Source: a virus (lineage: Duplodnaviria > Caudoviricetes). Taken from it: 36,401 bases of DNA. The notes under the pieces were generated by a model that saw nothing but the letters and a program-made list of their open reading frames with translations, was not told where the DNA came from and did not search any database. The stretch lies in IMG/VR virus record IMGVR_UViG_3300030376_004022, positions 1 to 36,401 of that record; one strand, written 5' to 3'. The translations under genes and the position numbers were made by a program. Below are positions 25,715-35,071 of the stretch, piece after piece. Numbering within the stretch: position 1 is the first letter of the stretch; each line of letters begins with the position of its first letter.

Positions 25715-28185
25715 TGATCGAAGGTACTCAGCGTTGCGTAGACGGCGAGAATATTCATCGGCAGCGGCTGGTCCTGTCGGATCGTGAGCTGGCCGTCCGT
25801 GTCGTAGTTGCCGTTCAGCTCGATTTCCTTGTCGCCGGTGTACAGCGCGATCGGCGCGTTCATCGATGCCGCCGACGATCGGAAAGGCACGATGTCCAGG
25901 TTGTTTGCATCGCGGCCAACCTTCAAGCCGACAGATCGATACAGCCGCACCGTCAGCTCGTTAATGCGCTTGATCTTGCCCTGGCTGGTCCCCATCGCGC
26001 TGCCGGCATCGACGCGCAGTGTCCGCAGTGTCGAGTTGTATGACAGCCCTGCGTGCGCCTTGGTGACGTACCGCTCCAGGGTGACCGCGCCGCTTGATAC
26101 TGTCTTGTCAGGGTGTACAGATCCATCGCCCAGTATGCTGACCGTCTGGCCTTCGAGATGGCTTAGACCAGACAGAGACAGAGTAGCCTGCGTGACCGTT
26201 GCGCCCGAGCTGTGCGCCGCTGCAGCGCCAACGACCCCGCGGACGCAGCCCGTCAAGTCGTTCGTGCTTTTGCCGCTGTAGGTGATCACCTCGGTGCCAA
26301 TCTTGATTGCGCCGGAACTGGGAAACGAGGACGCATCTGCGAGCGTGATTGTCGTCTGGTCCGCCGCCTCGGCGCCCGCCAGCGTGCTGGTCGCGCCTGT
26401 AAAGGTCAGCGAGCTGTCCACGAAGATCGCGTTGTTGACGTCGGTGCCAAAATCAAAGTCGCGCATATATTCTATATATCTTTTGGTCGCACCGCCTATT
26501 GTGCGCTTGACCACAACCCAAACCTGATCTTCGTTTAGATCGCCAGGGATCGTGGCAATGCTTTCCACGACCGCGTCACCTGTACCAAACGCGCCGCCGA
26601 TAATCTGACGCGACCAGCCGATGACCTGCTCTTCGCGCTTGTAAGTCATGCAGGCAAGCTGACCATCGCCGCGGAGTGTCCACAGGATGCTGTCCGGCTC
26701 CTGTTGGTAGGCCAGCTCGTCCAGACCGTTTTCGGTGATATGCTCCGAAATCAAGGCGACGTCAGGCGCAACGTAGCCATCGACGTCAAAATTAAACTGC
26801 AGCTCCAGAACTTTTCGCTTTGCGCGCTGCACAAACAGAATCGCGTTGCCTGCCTGCATCGGCGTGATGTCAGCGGCGCCGTGCGACGTTTGCTGCTTGA
26901 TCTGTATGTTGGTCGGGGTGATTGCTTCGTCCGCTCCTGACGCGCGAACCACAAACTCGCCCGAAGATGTTCCAACGATCAGATTTCGCGTAGACGCAAG
27001 GAACCTGATGACGTTGACCATCGTAGAGCCGATTGTGTACACCATGCCGTCGTCGGCATTCACGCCACTCTCAAAGTTCTCGAAGTCGCCACCCTGAGAA
27101 AAGAACAGCGTCTGCGGCTGCGAGTCGGTGCCGGCAAACACAAGGCGCTGTTCGTAAAACGCCACTGCGCGCGGGTATCCGGTCGCCTTACTGAACGCAC
27201 CCAGCGACCACTTGTCGGTTGCAACTAGCTTGCCCTGCAGTGTGTGGCCGCTGTCGGCTGCTTCTGCTGCCAGATCAGCACCCGGTGCCAATGTGATGAC
27301 GGTGTCGATCACATCAACGATCAGGTGGCCGTCGGTCGTATTGTTTGACGTCGAGCCGCTGATGATAATCGTCTGGCCGACTTTGAAACCTTGGTCAATG
27401 AACTCCCCTGCGGTGTCCTCAATGCGGTCGTTGTGTTCCAGCCCGGTAGCGTCAGGATCGCCTTCGTGAAATGAAATTGTCGCCGCGACGTAGCTGGGCA
27501 GTATTTCCGATCGACCGTCTTCCAGCTCCTGCGCTGTACCGTCTACTACGGTCGCAGACGACCGCGACGTGATCTTCACAAACCCGTCTTCAATCTTTAC
27601 CAGGCGACCGACATCGTCGGCGGTCCACAAATCGGCGCTCGCGGTCAGGCGGATGGTGCCATCTCGGCTGTCCGGTGTCAGCGTGGTCGTTGTTATATTC
27701 TGATCAAGAAACGGGCCGCGCGCGGTCGTCACTTCGGTAATCGTCCACGCAGTGTGGCTGGTGCGGGTGATTTTATAGATCGGGTGGTTTGCCGAAACGA
27801 CGTACATAACGTCCGCCGCCTGTGCAAACTTCAGCCCTGCTAGGTCCGCCGCTGCGTAGACCGTCGTGACCTCAACCGCTGAACCGCTGGATGTTACCTG
27901 ACCTCCGTCCTTGTAGATGCGGAAGTAAGTCGGGCCGAACTCCAGAACGTAGGCTTGCTCGACGTTGAACTCGAAAGGAATCAGCCGCACCGCGTTGGCG
28001 CTGCCTTTCACTTCCGATATAAACCGCGTGCCAGGGCGGCGGTGAACACCACCATGCGGCTGCACCAGAAAGTTCTCGACCGTCTCGGCACCATTGTCAT
28101 ACTTCGATATGTCGGTGCGACCGTACAGCTTTGGCGTGATCTCGCCAGCAGTAAAGTTGCTAAAGGCTTTAGAAACTTTAGCCAC
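25711..28185 (-). CDS. Tail tubular protein B / nozzle
   Basis: FSNFTAGEITP.LYGR.D, GGVHRRPG, YPRAVAFYEQRL, QDQPLP. Confidence 0.85.
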   Translation of the reverse strand: MAKVSKAFSNFTAGEITPKLYGRTDISKYDNGAETVENFLVQPHGGVHRRPGTRFISEVKGSANAVRLIPFEFNVEQAYVLEFGPTYFRIYKDGGQVTSSGSAVEVTTVYAAADLAGLKFAQAADVMYVVSANHPIYKITRTSHTAWTITEVTTARGPFLDQNITTTTLTPDSRDGTIRLTASADLWTADDVGRLVKIEDGFVKITSRSSATVVDGTAQELEDGRSEILPSYVAATISFHEGDPDATGLEHNDRIEDTAGEFIDQGFKVGQTIIISGSTSNNTTDGHLIVDVIDTVITLAPGADLAAEAADSGHTLQGKLVATDKWSLGAFSKATGYPRAVAFYEQRLVFAGTDSQPQTLFFSQGGDFENFESGVNADDGMVYTIGSTMVNVIRFLASTRNLIVGTSSGEFVVRASGADEAITPTNIQIKQQTSHGAADITPMQAGNAILFVQRAKRKVLELQFNFDVDGYVAPDVALISEHITENGLDELAYQQEPDSILWTLRGDGQLACMTYKREEQVIGWSRQIIGGAFGTGDAVVESIATIPGDLNEDQVWVVVKRTIGGATKRYIEYMRDFDFGTDVNNAIFVDSSLTFTGATSTLAGAEAADQTTITLADASSFPSSGAIKIGTEVITYSGKSTNDLTGCVRGVVGAAAAHSSGATVTQATLSLSGLSHLEGQTVSILGDGSVHPDKTVSSGAVTLERYVTKAHAGLSYNSTLRTLRVDAGSAMGTSQGKIKRINELTVRLYRSVGLKVGRDANNLDIVPFRSSAASMNAPIALYTGDKEIELNGNYDTDGQLTIRQDQPLPMNILAVYATLSTFDQ

Positions 28186-28769
28186 TAGAACCTCGAAGAG
28201 ATGAATACATCAGACTCGGTATACGCCGCGCGATCGATGTTGACCGTGTTCGCAGGCGTGCCTTCGGTCGCATCAACGAAGCGGGCTTCAGACAGTTTCG
28301 TGTCGTAAGTCGCCATCAGCATCTGCGACAGGCTGGCGCTATTGATCAGCGCGTAACTGATATCTGCGGCCAGACGCGCGGCAATCGACTCAATCAGCAG
28401 CAAGTCGTATTCGTTGGGGTCAGTGACGCGCGCGACGTAGATCATTTTGAATGGTGTCGTGCTGGATATAATCTTTCGGCCCTCAACGCGGAAGACCGTG
28501 TCAGGGTTTTCTGGGCGTAGAACGCGCAGGCAATCAGCAGGCAGTGTGTGCTGATGATCAAACTCGAACGCAGGCGTGTCGCTGTCAGCAGCCAAGCTAG
28601 TGCGCGTGACTAGGCAGTTCCACGGGTGCGCTCTAAATACGGAGTCGCGGACAAACTCGTAACGCTGGTTGCAGACACGCGCAGCGCGGCTGTCTTCTGT
28701 CAGCGAGATGATATTACTCGCGCCGATCATATTCAGCGCCGAGTTACAGATATCCACGTTCGAGGCCAT
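28185..28769 (-). CDS. Tail tubular protein A / adaptor
   Basis: MASNVDICNSAL...HPWNC...LPADCLR. Confidence 0.85.
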   Translation of the reverse strand: MASNVDICNSALNMIGASNIISLTEDSRAARVCNQRYEFVRDSVFRAHPWNCLVTRTSLAADSDTPAFEFDHQHTLPADCLRVLRPENPDTVFRVEGRKIISSTTPFKMIYVARVTDPNEYDLLLIESIAARLAADISYALINSASLSQMLMATYDTKLSEARFVDATEGTPANTVNIDRAAYTESDVFISSRF

Positions 28770-28781
28770 TTTGAATCCTTG

Positions 28782-28809
28782 AAAAAGAGAAGGGGGGCCG
28801 AAGCCCCCC
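28782..28809 (-). terminator. Terminator after the capsid genes
   Basis: GGGGGGC-TTCG-GCCCCCC followed by TTCTCTTTTT. Confidence 0.75.
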
Positions 28810-28816
28810 CACCCAA

Positions 28817-29296
28817 TTAGTCGATGACGTAGTGGATCAGGAAACTCATCGTTCCCGCCGTTCCGCCAGCCGCTGCCATAGTGGCAGCGATGTAGTAGTA
28901 CCCACCGGGATTGACTGAATCCCCAGCAAGTTCCCACACCCGCTTACCAGCAGTGTCGATGTTCGCGGCTTCAAACCGGACATCGGCCATCGCTGCAGCA
29001 TCGGCAACGGCAGAAGCAAAGACGTCTTCGTCTTTAACTACGCCGGCCGTGGTGTAGATGCCTACGTTGAACGTGCAGCTTCCGCCAAGCGTATCAGACC
29101 CAATGAAGAGCTGGGTGATGTTCGCGTGGGCAGGAATCTGAGCGAGCATGACAATGTCATCATCGTCAGAGTCCCCGGCTGCAAGTTCGATGGTGCCAGC
29201 GGCTACACGCACTACGCCATGTAGATCCTGGCTTGCGCTCAGTGTCGGAGGATCTGCCTCAAACGCTGTAACGATATCGGAGTTTTTAGTACCCAT
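28817..29296 (-). CDS. Putative capsid decoration / minor capsid protein
   Basis: Directly follows the major capsid gene with a GGGAGGAG RBS; beta-rich pattern. Confidence 0.6.
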   Translation of the reverse strand: MGTKNSDIVTAFEADPPTLSASQDLHGVVRVAAGTIELAAGDSDDDDIVMLAQIPAHANITQLFIGSDTLGGSCTFNVGIYTTAGVVKDEDVFASAVADAAAMADVRFEAANIDTAGKRVWELAGDSVNPGGYYYIAATMAAAGGTAGTMSFLIHYVID

Positions 29297-29311
29297 GACT
29301 ATCTCCTCCCC

Positions 29312-29573
29312 TTACTCGTTGCACGCAATTTCAACGACCATGTCTTCCTGCATCCTAGTGCTACCGAACGTGGCGCAGTAGTAAACTTGCGTGGAATAAG
29401 ACTTGTCGCTGCGTTCATCGATGCGAGCCATCACATCTTTGCCGATTGCCAGCTTGCAGCCATCCTGCGCCCATGCGTAGCAAAGGCGAGAAGTGCCATC
29501 GTCTGACAGACGATTAGAAGTGATGAACTTGAAACCGACAAACGTGTCGATGTCACCCTGTACAAGTGCCTTC
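29312..29573 (-). CDS. Major capsid protein, exon 2
   Basis: (V)KALVQGDIDTFVGFKFITSNRL...IDERSDKSYSTQVY...GSTRMQEDMVVEIACNE*; no start or RBS of its own. Confidence 0.88.
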
Positions 29574-29767
29574 CGTCACACTTCGGCTTTCGCCGCCAGC
29601 TTTTGCTGTTCGTGCGCTGGACTTTCTCTTCATCTCGATGAGATGCTGCCCGTCAAGTCTCTACACCTTCCGCTTTCGCGGCTTGGCTCGGGATTAGCAT
29701 TTTAAAGCCTTCCCCGAATTTGAGCAGTTTTCGTCTGACCGTCGCCGATCAGATAGGCAAAGTGTTT
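29574..29767 (-). ncRNA. Group I self-splicing intron (IC3-like, 194 nt, no ORF)
   Basis: Upstream exon ends in U and intron ends in G; core elements AAAUUCGGGGAA, AAUCCCGAGCCAAG, AAGGUGUAGAGACU, AAGAGAAAGUCC; P1-P9 can be paired by hand; removal restores the reading frame. Confidence 0.92.
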
Positions 29768-30363
29768 ACCGTATTGAAATCACTTGAAGTTACAGAGGTC
29801 GTGTTGAGCAGGTCTTCGATCTGCTCGGGGCTGACAACGATATAACGCGGAATAGATGGATCAACGCTTTGGGCGTCGAGCAGCTTTTTCGCGGATACCA
29901 GCTTGGCAACCGTTAGGCCGGCAGAACCATGTGCGATTTTCTGGCCGCTTGGGAACGCCGTAGAGGTCGTTCCTTCCTTGCCGGTCTTCGCGGTTCCACC
30001 AAGTGCGCTGATGATGGTGTCGTCCATCGCACGACCTATCGCCGCCGCAGCCGCACGGGCATACGAGGACGTCGGGTCGATCAACATACGAACCTTGTCA
30101 GCATCGTCAATCAAGTCAGCCCATTCGTAAGTGGTTAGGCTGACCATACGCCGAGAGTGTGGCGTCTCGACGAGGGGGGTATCCCCGTGTCTTGACGACC
30201 GCGCTACTGCGGCTGCTTCTCCGACTTGGTCGAAGAAGGCTTTTTCGCCGGTGACACTTTCCGTATCAACGGCTCCTCGCAACAGACTTCCCATCTGCTG
30301 CGAGAGCATAGCGACGTTGGAACTGAATTGGTTCACAAACGCCGTATTCACTTGAGTACTCAT
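29768..30363 (-). CDS. Major capsid protein, exon 1 (spliced product 285 aa)
   Basis: MSTQVNTAFVNQFSSNVAMLSQQMGSLLR...AIGRAMDDTII; AGGAG RBS; position after the scaffold gene. Confidence 0.9.
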
Positions 30364-30435
30364 GACTCAATGCTCCTACAGTTGTGGTTGGAATGTATGC
30401 GTGGGTTATCAGGCTCGCGCCTGGCTCACTGTCGG

Positions 30436-30615
30436 TTAGGCCGACTGATCCGCCTTACTCACAGGCTTGCGCCGCGGGGCCGACTTAGACTTATCCGCGG
30501 GTTTCACGAAACTGAAGTATCTCTCAGCGAGATCGACAGGGTCGTTTATCGTGCGCGCACTGCCGAACTGTACGGCAAGGCGCAAACATTCGAGGCGCAG
30601 AGCATCATTCTCCAT
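30436..30615 (-). CDS. Small hypothetical protein (59 aa)
   Basis: Manual translation MENDALRLECLRLAVQFG...DLAERYFSFVK. Confidence 0.6.
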   Translation of the reverse strand: MENDALRLECLRLAVQFGSARTINDPVDLAERYFSFVKPADKSKSAPRRKPVSKADQSA

Positions 30616-31408
30616 GCATCTGCTCCCGTAATCTCAGCACCTCATTGACCACGCGGTCATGCTCGGGGTGGTGCTTTTCCCAGTAAGGCGAGTTCTTCGC
30701 CGTCATCTCAGACATACGCGCCTGCAGGTCTTCGTCGGTAATGCCGGGTCGGCTATCCCTGCCTGCCAGGCCGTCCTCGCTGATCTGCTCGGCAACATAG
30801 TCGCTGATATTGACCATCAGCTTGACCAGCTCGGGGTTGTCGCCCAGCAGGCTGCCGTCTGCGAGCTGTATCTCTGTCAGGTCCGGTGCGTCGAACTCTT
30901 TGAGCAGCTCGTTTGCGCGGGACATCTTGTCGTCAAACTCGCCGCCGAACTCTTTTCGTAGCTCTGTCTCTACTTCTGATCGGCGTGTTTCCATCGCCTC
31001 TTCAGACATGACCGTCGCCTGGCCGGCAAAATCGCCATACGCTTCTGCGAGCTTCGCGGCCTGCCGATCGGACAGTCCTGATTGATGTGCGGCATCGCGG
31101 AACCAGTCCGCCATGTCGCCTTCCATTTCACCTATATCGTAATCGCCGGCTTCCTGCGGTCTGCCCAGTTTGTTGTAAACCAGATCCCAGTCTTCATCGG
31201 TCGCCCAGTTGCCGGGTATCGCGAGCTTCTCCGATCCGACCATTTTCTGCGCGTTGATGTAACTTTTAGCCATGCCCTCGACACTGCCGATATGCTGCAG
31301 TGAAGGGTCGCTTGCTATTTCGGGGGGCAGTGATGCCAGCCAGTCGTCACTCCCAGACGGTGCCTCCCCGGCATCTGCCGGAGCTTCCGCTACCTGTTCG
31401 TCGGACAT
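30605..31408 (-). CDS. Capsid scaffolding protein
   Basis: Acidic; KSYINAQKMVG, YNKLGRP, LGDNPELVK. Confidence 0.8.
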   Translation of the reverse strand: MSDEQVAEAPADAGEAPSGSDDWLASLPPEIASDPSLQHIGSVEGMAKSYINAQKMVGSEKLAIPGNWATDEDWDLVYNKLGRPQEAGDYDIGEMEGDMADWFRDAAHQSGLSDRQAAKLAEAYGDFAGQATVMSEEAMETRRSEVETELRKEFGGEFDDKMSRANELLKEFDAPDLTEIQLADGSLLGDNPELVKLMVNISDYVAEQISEDGLAGRDSRPGITDEDLQARMSEMTAKNSPYWEKHHPEHDRVVNEVLRLREQMHGE

Positions 31409-31414
31409 ATGTGA

Positions 31415-31621
31415 TTACTCCTTTGGTGGTTGATCCTTAATGATGTTGGTCAGGAACAGCACGACATCGCGCTGGCCCTCTCTAAACGCCGTCTCGTCCG
31501 AGTTTGGCGTAAAGCTCGATTTCCAGAGTCCGAAACGTGCGCCCAGGTCTTCCATGACCTTCTCGCCGTCCTCGCTCATCAATACTGATCGGTAGGTTTC
31601 TTTCAGCTCTTTCGGCGTCAT
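31415..31621 (-). CDS. Bbp19-like small protein
   Basis: SEDGEKVMEDL...TAFREGQRDVV. Confidence 0.75.
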   Translation of the reverse strand: MTPKELKETYRSVLMSEDGEKVMEDLGARFGLWKSSFTPNSDETAFREGQRDVVLFLTNIIKDQPPKE

Positions 31622-33255
31622 GCGGCGCCTTCAATCAGTTCCTGACCGATCTCTGTTTCATCAACAGCACGCAGCGCCGGGGCCGCATCACCTGCCGCAC
31701 TCGCCATCTGCTGTGCGGCCATCATTTCCTGCTGTTGCTGCATGGCAGCGGCACGGTTCTCGCGAATGCCTGATACTTCGCCCTCACCACGCACCACAGT
31801 CGCCGGCGTGCCGGTGACCTTGATGATGTGCTTGGCAAGGCCGTCCATGTCCAAATAGTCGGCCACGCCCTGGTCAAGCTGCATGAGCGGCATCAGGAAC
31901 TCGATCATCTGCAGGATGCCCTGGATGTCACCGCTGCGCTGTGCCTTCGCCAGAGGCGAGACGTATTCGATGTCGATGTTGCCGTCCTGCAGCATCGGCG
32001 GCGCCGGTGCGAATTTCTTTTGACGTGACAGTATGGCAAAGCAGCGACCGATCAGTGGCTGTAGCAGCTCTGCCTGCAGGCGTCCCAGCACTGGGCCTAA
32101 GAGCCGCATCTTTTCTTCGGTGCGTTGGACGACCTCGGTCGCAGTCATTTGCGGCCCGGTGCCAAGTATAAGCTGATCAACGTAGAACGCCGATCGAATA
32201 GCCTGTCGGCGCTGATCCAACTGCATTTCGCCCAGAGGGTTGTTGGCGCCGATGTTCAGCGGCTCGATGCGATCGCGCGTACCCGATCGATAGAAGTTCA
32301 GACCGCCCGGCGTGGTACGCACCGGCAGCATGAAGCCATCGTCCGGCACCATGAGCGGCGGGTGGATCTGCAACTGGGCGGCACGGATCACCACCTCGGA
32401 CATCTTGTTGACCATCTTCGTGTCGGGCAGCGCCGTCATTGCCGGCGATCGGCCGTATCCAATCTCAAAGCTGGCCTTTAAGAACCGCGGTACACAATAC
32501 GGAAACTCGTCGTATCCGCTTTCGCCGATGACCATCTTCTCATCGGGGTCGATGTAAACGCTGGCGAACGGTTTGTTCTTCGCGTTCTTCTTGCGCCGGT
32601 CGCGTTCTTCGCGCGGCATGACGACGTGCAGCAGCTCGATCTCTGCGTAAGGATCATCTGTGTTCAGCTTGGATATGCGTTGCGTGACCTGTTGCTCACC
32701 AAACTGCCGCACGGCGGCGCGCGCCGTGGTCTTGTACTTGCGAAAGACCGTATCGACACGCCCCTGTTCGTTCTCCGATACATACACCTCGGCGATGTGC
32801 CGGGTGCTGAAACGGAAACCATCGTCGTCGTCGTTTTCAATAAAGATGACCGCGGTGCCAAACGTCACCAGGTCAGAGTAAAGTTCGTGAATCTGCTCTT
32901 GGAAGTTTGACCGCGCCAGGTGCTGGTACATCACATCGGTCGCGCCTTCGAGCCATTCCTTCGCCTCGTCGTCAGCGTTCAGCTCGTTGTTCTCGTACCG
33001 CAGATCGAACCACGGAGTCGCCGCGTTGGTCAGCATACCGTGCAGAGATGCAGACATCAGCTCGGCGGCGTGGACCGCCGTGCCGTCAAAGAGCAATTCG
33101 GTGCGCTTGTCGCCACCTGTGCGCTTCTTCGTGATGTCGGCCTTGCGTGGGCATATGTAATCGCCCAGCTCCTGCCAGTGCGATTCCCAGTGGCTGCGGT
33201 TCGTTTGCAGCGTGCGGTATCGCTTCAGCAGCCCGGTTGCGCGCGGATCATCCAT
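31618..33255 (-). CDS. Portal (head-tail connector) protein
   Basis: YGRSPAMTALPD, MTATEV..R.EE, IEYVSPLAKAQ. Confidence 0.92.
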   Translation of the reverse strand: MDDPRATGLLKRYRTLQTNRSHWESHWQELGDYICPRKADITKKRTGGDKRTELLFDGTAVHAAELMSASLHGMLTNAATPWFDLRYENNELNADDEAKEWLEGATDVMYQHLARSNFQEQIHELYSDLVTFGTAVIFIENDDDDGFRFSTRHIAEVYVSENEQGRVDTVFRKYKTTARAAVRQFGEQQVTQRISKLNTDDPYAEIELLHVVMPREERDRRKKNAKNKPFASVYIDPDEKMVIGESGYDEFPYCVPRFLKASFEIGYGRSPAMTALPDTKMVNKMSEVVIRAAQLQIHPPLMVPDDGFMLPVRTTPGGLNFYRSGTRDRIEPLNIGANNPLGEMQLDQRRQAIRSAFYVDQLILGTGPQMTATEVVQRTEEKMRLLGPVLGRLQAELLQPLIGRCFAILSRQKKFAPAPPMLQDGNIDIEYVSPLAKAQRSGDIQGILQMIEFLMPLMQLDQGVADYLDMDGLAKHIIKVTGTPATVVRGEGEVSGIRENRAAAMQQQQEMMAAQQMASAAGDAAPALRAVDETEIGQELIEGAA

Positions 33256-33256
33256 A

Positions 33257-33475
33257 TTACTGTCCCAGCAGTGTCTTCTTGGTGGTCGGCGCTTCGGTCG
33301 TCAGACCCAAGCCGCCCGTGACGTTAGCCTGGCGCAGACCACGCTTGCGCCGTGCCTGGTTTTCCACGCGCTCGGTTTCCTTGGTGTCCTTCGGCTTGAT
33401 AGGCGGGTCCGGCGGGACCGGCGGAATCGGCGGGGGCGGTGGCGGGCTGGGCGGTTTGGATGCTAAAAATCCCAT
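33257..33475 (-). CDS. Proline-rich small virion-associated protein
   Basis: MGFL..PPPPPP...KKTLLGQ, between terminase and portal. Confidence 0.7.
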   Translation of the reverse strand: MGFLASKPPSPPPPPPIPPVPPDPPIKPKDTKETERVENQARRKRGLRQANVTGGLGLTTEAPTTKKTLLGQ

Positions 33476-34767
33476 CAAGCTGCTCCATATTCATAAGGGT
33501 TGTAGGCCATCTCCGCGTCTCGCTGCGGTGGTGTGCCATCGGTCAATCGTTGTGTTTGAAGTCCGATCGCCGCGGTGCGGAACGCATCAGCGGCGTGGCT
33601 TGACCAGTCATGCACGGGCTGATCACGGAATTGTCTCGTTTTCTCTGAATAAGCGCGGTGGTAATGGCGCAGTGCTTCCAGACCATCGCGGCAGTTGTCG
33701 CGATCGAAGTAGCAGCGCGGTATCAAGAGCCGCGAAGCATGGATGCCATCTTCGACAGGCAGTCGCGGAACCACTCTAAAATTGAGGCCAAGGTTGTACG
33801 CAGCTTCGCGGCGGCTTTTGCCAGTACCCATTTCACGGACTTCCAGATCGTGAGGCCCGTAGTGCGTGCCATAGACATGGCCCTTTTCATGTAGCGTCCG
33901 AACATAGTGCGGTAATCCCTCGCCCTGGTTCTGGTAGAAATCGATCACGTTGACGCGGCCACCCGGCAGGGACTGTGTCAGCCAGATCGCCGTGTAGTCG
34001 TGCATCCCGATATCCCAATGGGTATCGACCTTGATATCCTTCTGGTGCGGGACATTGGTAATTCTGCCGGCGTCGTCAGACTCCTGCAGCTCCTTGCCGT
34101 ATACGCTGCCTGGCACGTTCGCGACCCAGGAACACTCAAACTCCTGATTGTACTGGTCTTCGGTCATGGTCGCGCGTGCGGCTTCCAGTTCTTCCGCATC
34201 GAGCAGTTGCGTTTCAGATGCCTTGTACATCTTCCGCTCCCAGCCATCGGTAGCGGCGGCGGCCTCCCAGAGATCGTGAAAGTAATTATGGCCCTGCGGC
34301 GTCCCTATAAACGTGCAGCCGCCCTTACGATCGGACAGTGCCGGCCGGATGACCTCGGGAAAGATGCTCTCCGGCATATCCGCGACCTCGTCCATGACAG
34401 CGAAGTCGAGGTAGATGCCTCGCAGGCTGGACGGGTTTTCTGATCCCAGCAGGCTTATCCTGGCGCCGTTAGGCAGGTCGCAGCGCAGTTCCGTCTCATG
34501 GTACTTCGTGCCGGGGATCTTTCCGCTAAACTGCTTGAGATAGTCCCATGCGACGTTCTTTGCCTGCCGATACGTCGGCGCTATGTACGCCAGCCGCGGG
34601 TTGGGCTTCTGCTCTTCAATCGCGCGCTTGAGCAGATGATTGATCGCACAGACCGTCTTGCCGAACCGGCGGTGCATGACCAGCACGTTGAAGCGGTTCT
34701 TGTCCAGCATCTGGTGCAGTTCCTGCTGCAACGGGCGCGGCGTGTAATCGATCTGTATCGTCTTCAA
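33475..34767 (-). CDS. terL: Terminase large subunit
   Basis: HRRFGKT, LRGIYLDFAVMDE, IGTPQG, QEFECS, WDIG, SHAADAFR. Confidence 0.95.
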   Translation of the reverse strand: MKTIQIDYTPRPLQQELHQMLDKNRFNVLVMHRRFGKTVCAINHLLKRAIEEQKPNPRLAYIAPTYRQAKNVAWDYLKQFSGKIPGTKYHETELRCDLPNGARISLLGSENPSSLRGIYLDFAVMDEVADMPESIFPEVIRPALSDRKGGCTFIGTPQGHNYFHDLWEAAAATDGWERKMYKASETQLLDAEELEAARATMTEDQYNQEFECSWVANVPGSVYGKELQESDDAGRITNVPHQKDIKVDTHWDIGMHDYTAIWLTQSLPGGRVNVIDFYQNQGEGLPHYVRTLHEKGHVYGTHYGPHDLEVREMGTGKSRREAAYNLGLNFRVVPRLPVEDGIHASRLLIPRCYFDRDNCRDGLEALRHYHRAYSEKTRQFRDQPVHDWSSHAADAFRTAAIGLQTQRLTDGTPPQRDAEMAYNPYEYGAA

Positions 34768-34925
34768 TGCACAAGCTCGCCGGCGGACTCTTCCCAGCCC
34801 TCAAACGGCTCCATAAGCTGTCGCAGAAACCATTCAGCTGCCTCTTGGGTGTCAAAGCCTTCCAGCATCACGCACAAGCCTACCTTGCCCTCCATGTCGG
34901 GGACGCAGTAGGCGGAGTAGTGCAT
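34764..34925 (-). CDS. Hypothetical protein (53 aa)
   Basis: Manual translation MHYSAYCVPD...GELVH; coupled to both neighbours. Confidence 0.55.
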   Translation of the reverse strand: MHYSAYCVPDMEGKVGLCVMLEGFDTQEAAEWFLRQLMEPFEGWEESAGELVH

Positions 34926-35071
34926 TAGCCGCGGCCCATCACAGACTTCTTTTTCTTCTTAGGGAAGCCCGCCTTCATGTCGGCGTAGGCTTTTGGGCTG
35001 ACCGTAGACTTCTTCTTCGATCGGCTGGTGCCAGCGGCTTTGCGCTTGTTCATGTTTGCGTAGAGGCTCAT
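34925..35071 (-). CDS. Small basic protein (48 aa)
   Basis: MSLYANMNKRKAAGTSRSKKKSTVSPKAYADMKAGF; ATGA overlap. Confidence 0.65.
   Translation of the reverse strand: MSLYANMNKRKAAGTSRSKKKSTVSPKAYADMKAGFPKKKKKSVMGRG

Noticed and set aside
29574-29767. Capsid pseudogene, programmed frameshift or assembly error
   Set aside because: The insert has a complete group I core and precise U/G boundaries that restore the frame
33475-34767. Intein or intron in the terminase, portal or primase
   Set aside because: ORFs are continuous and of ordinary length, and I saw no intein splice motifs
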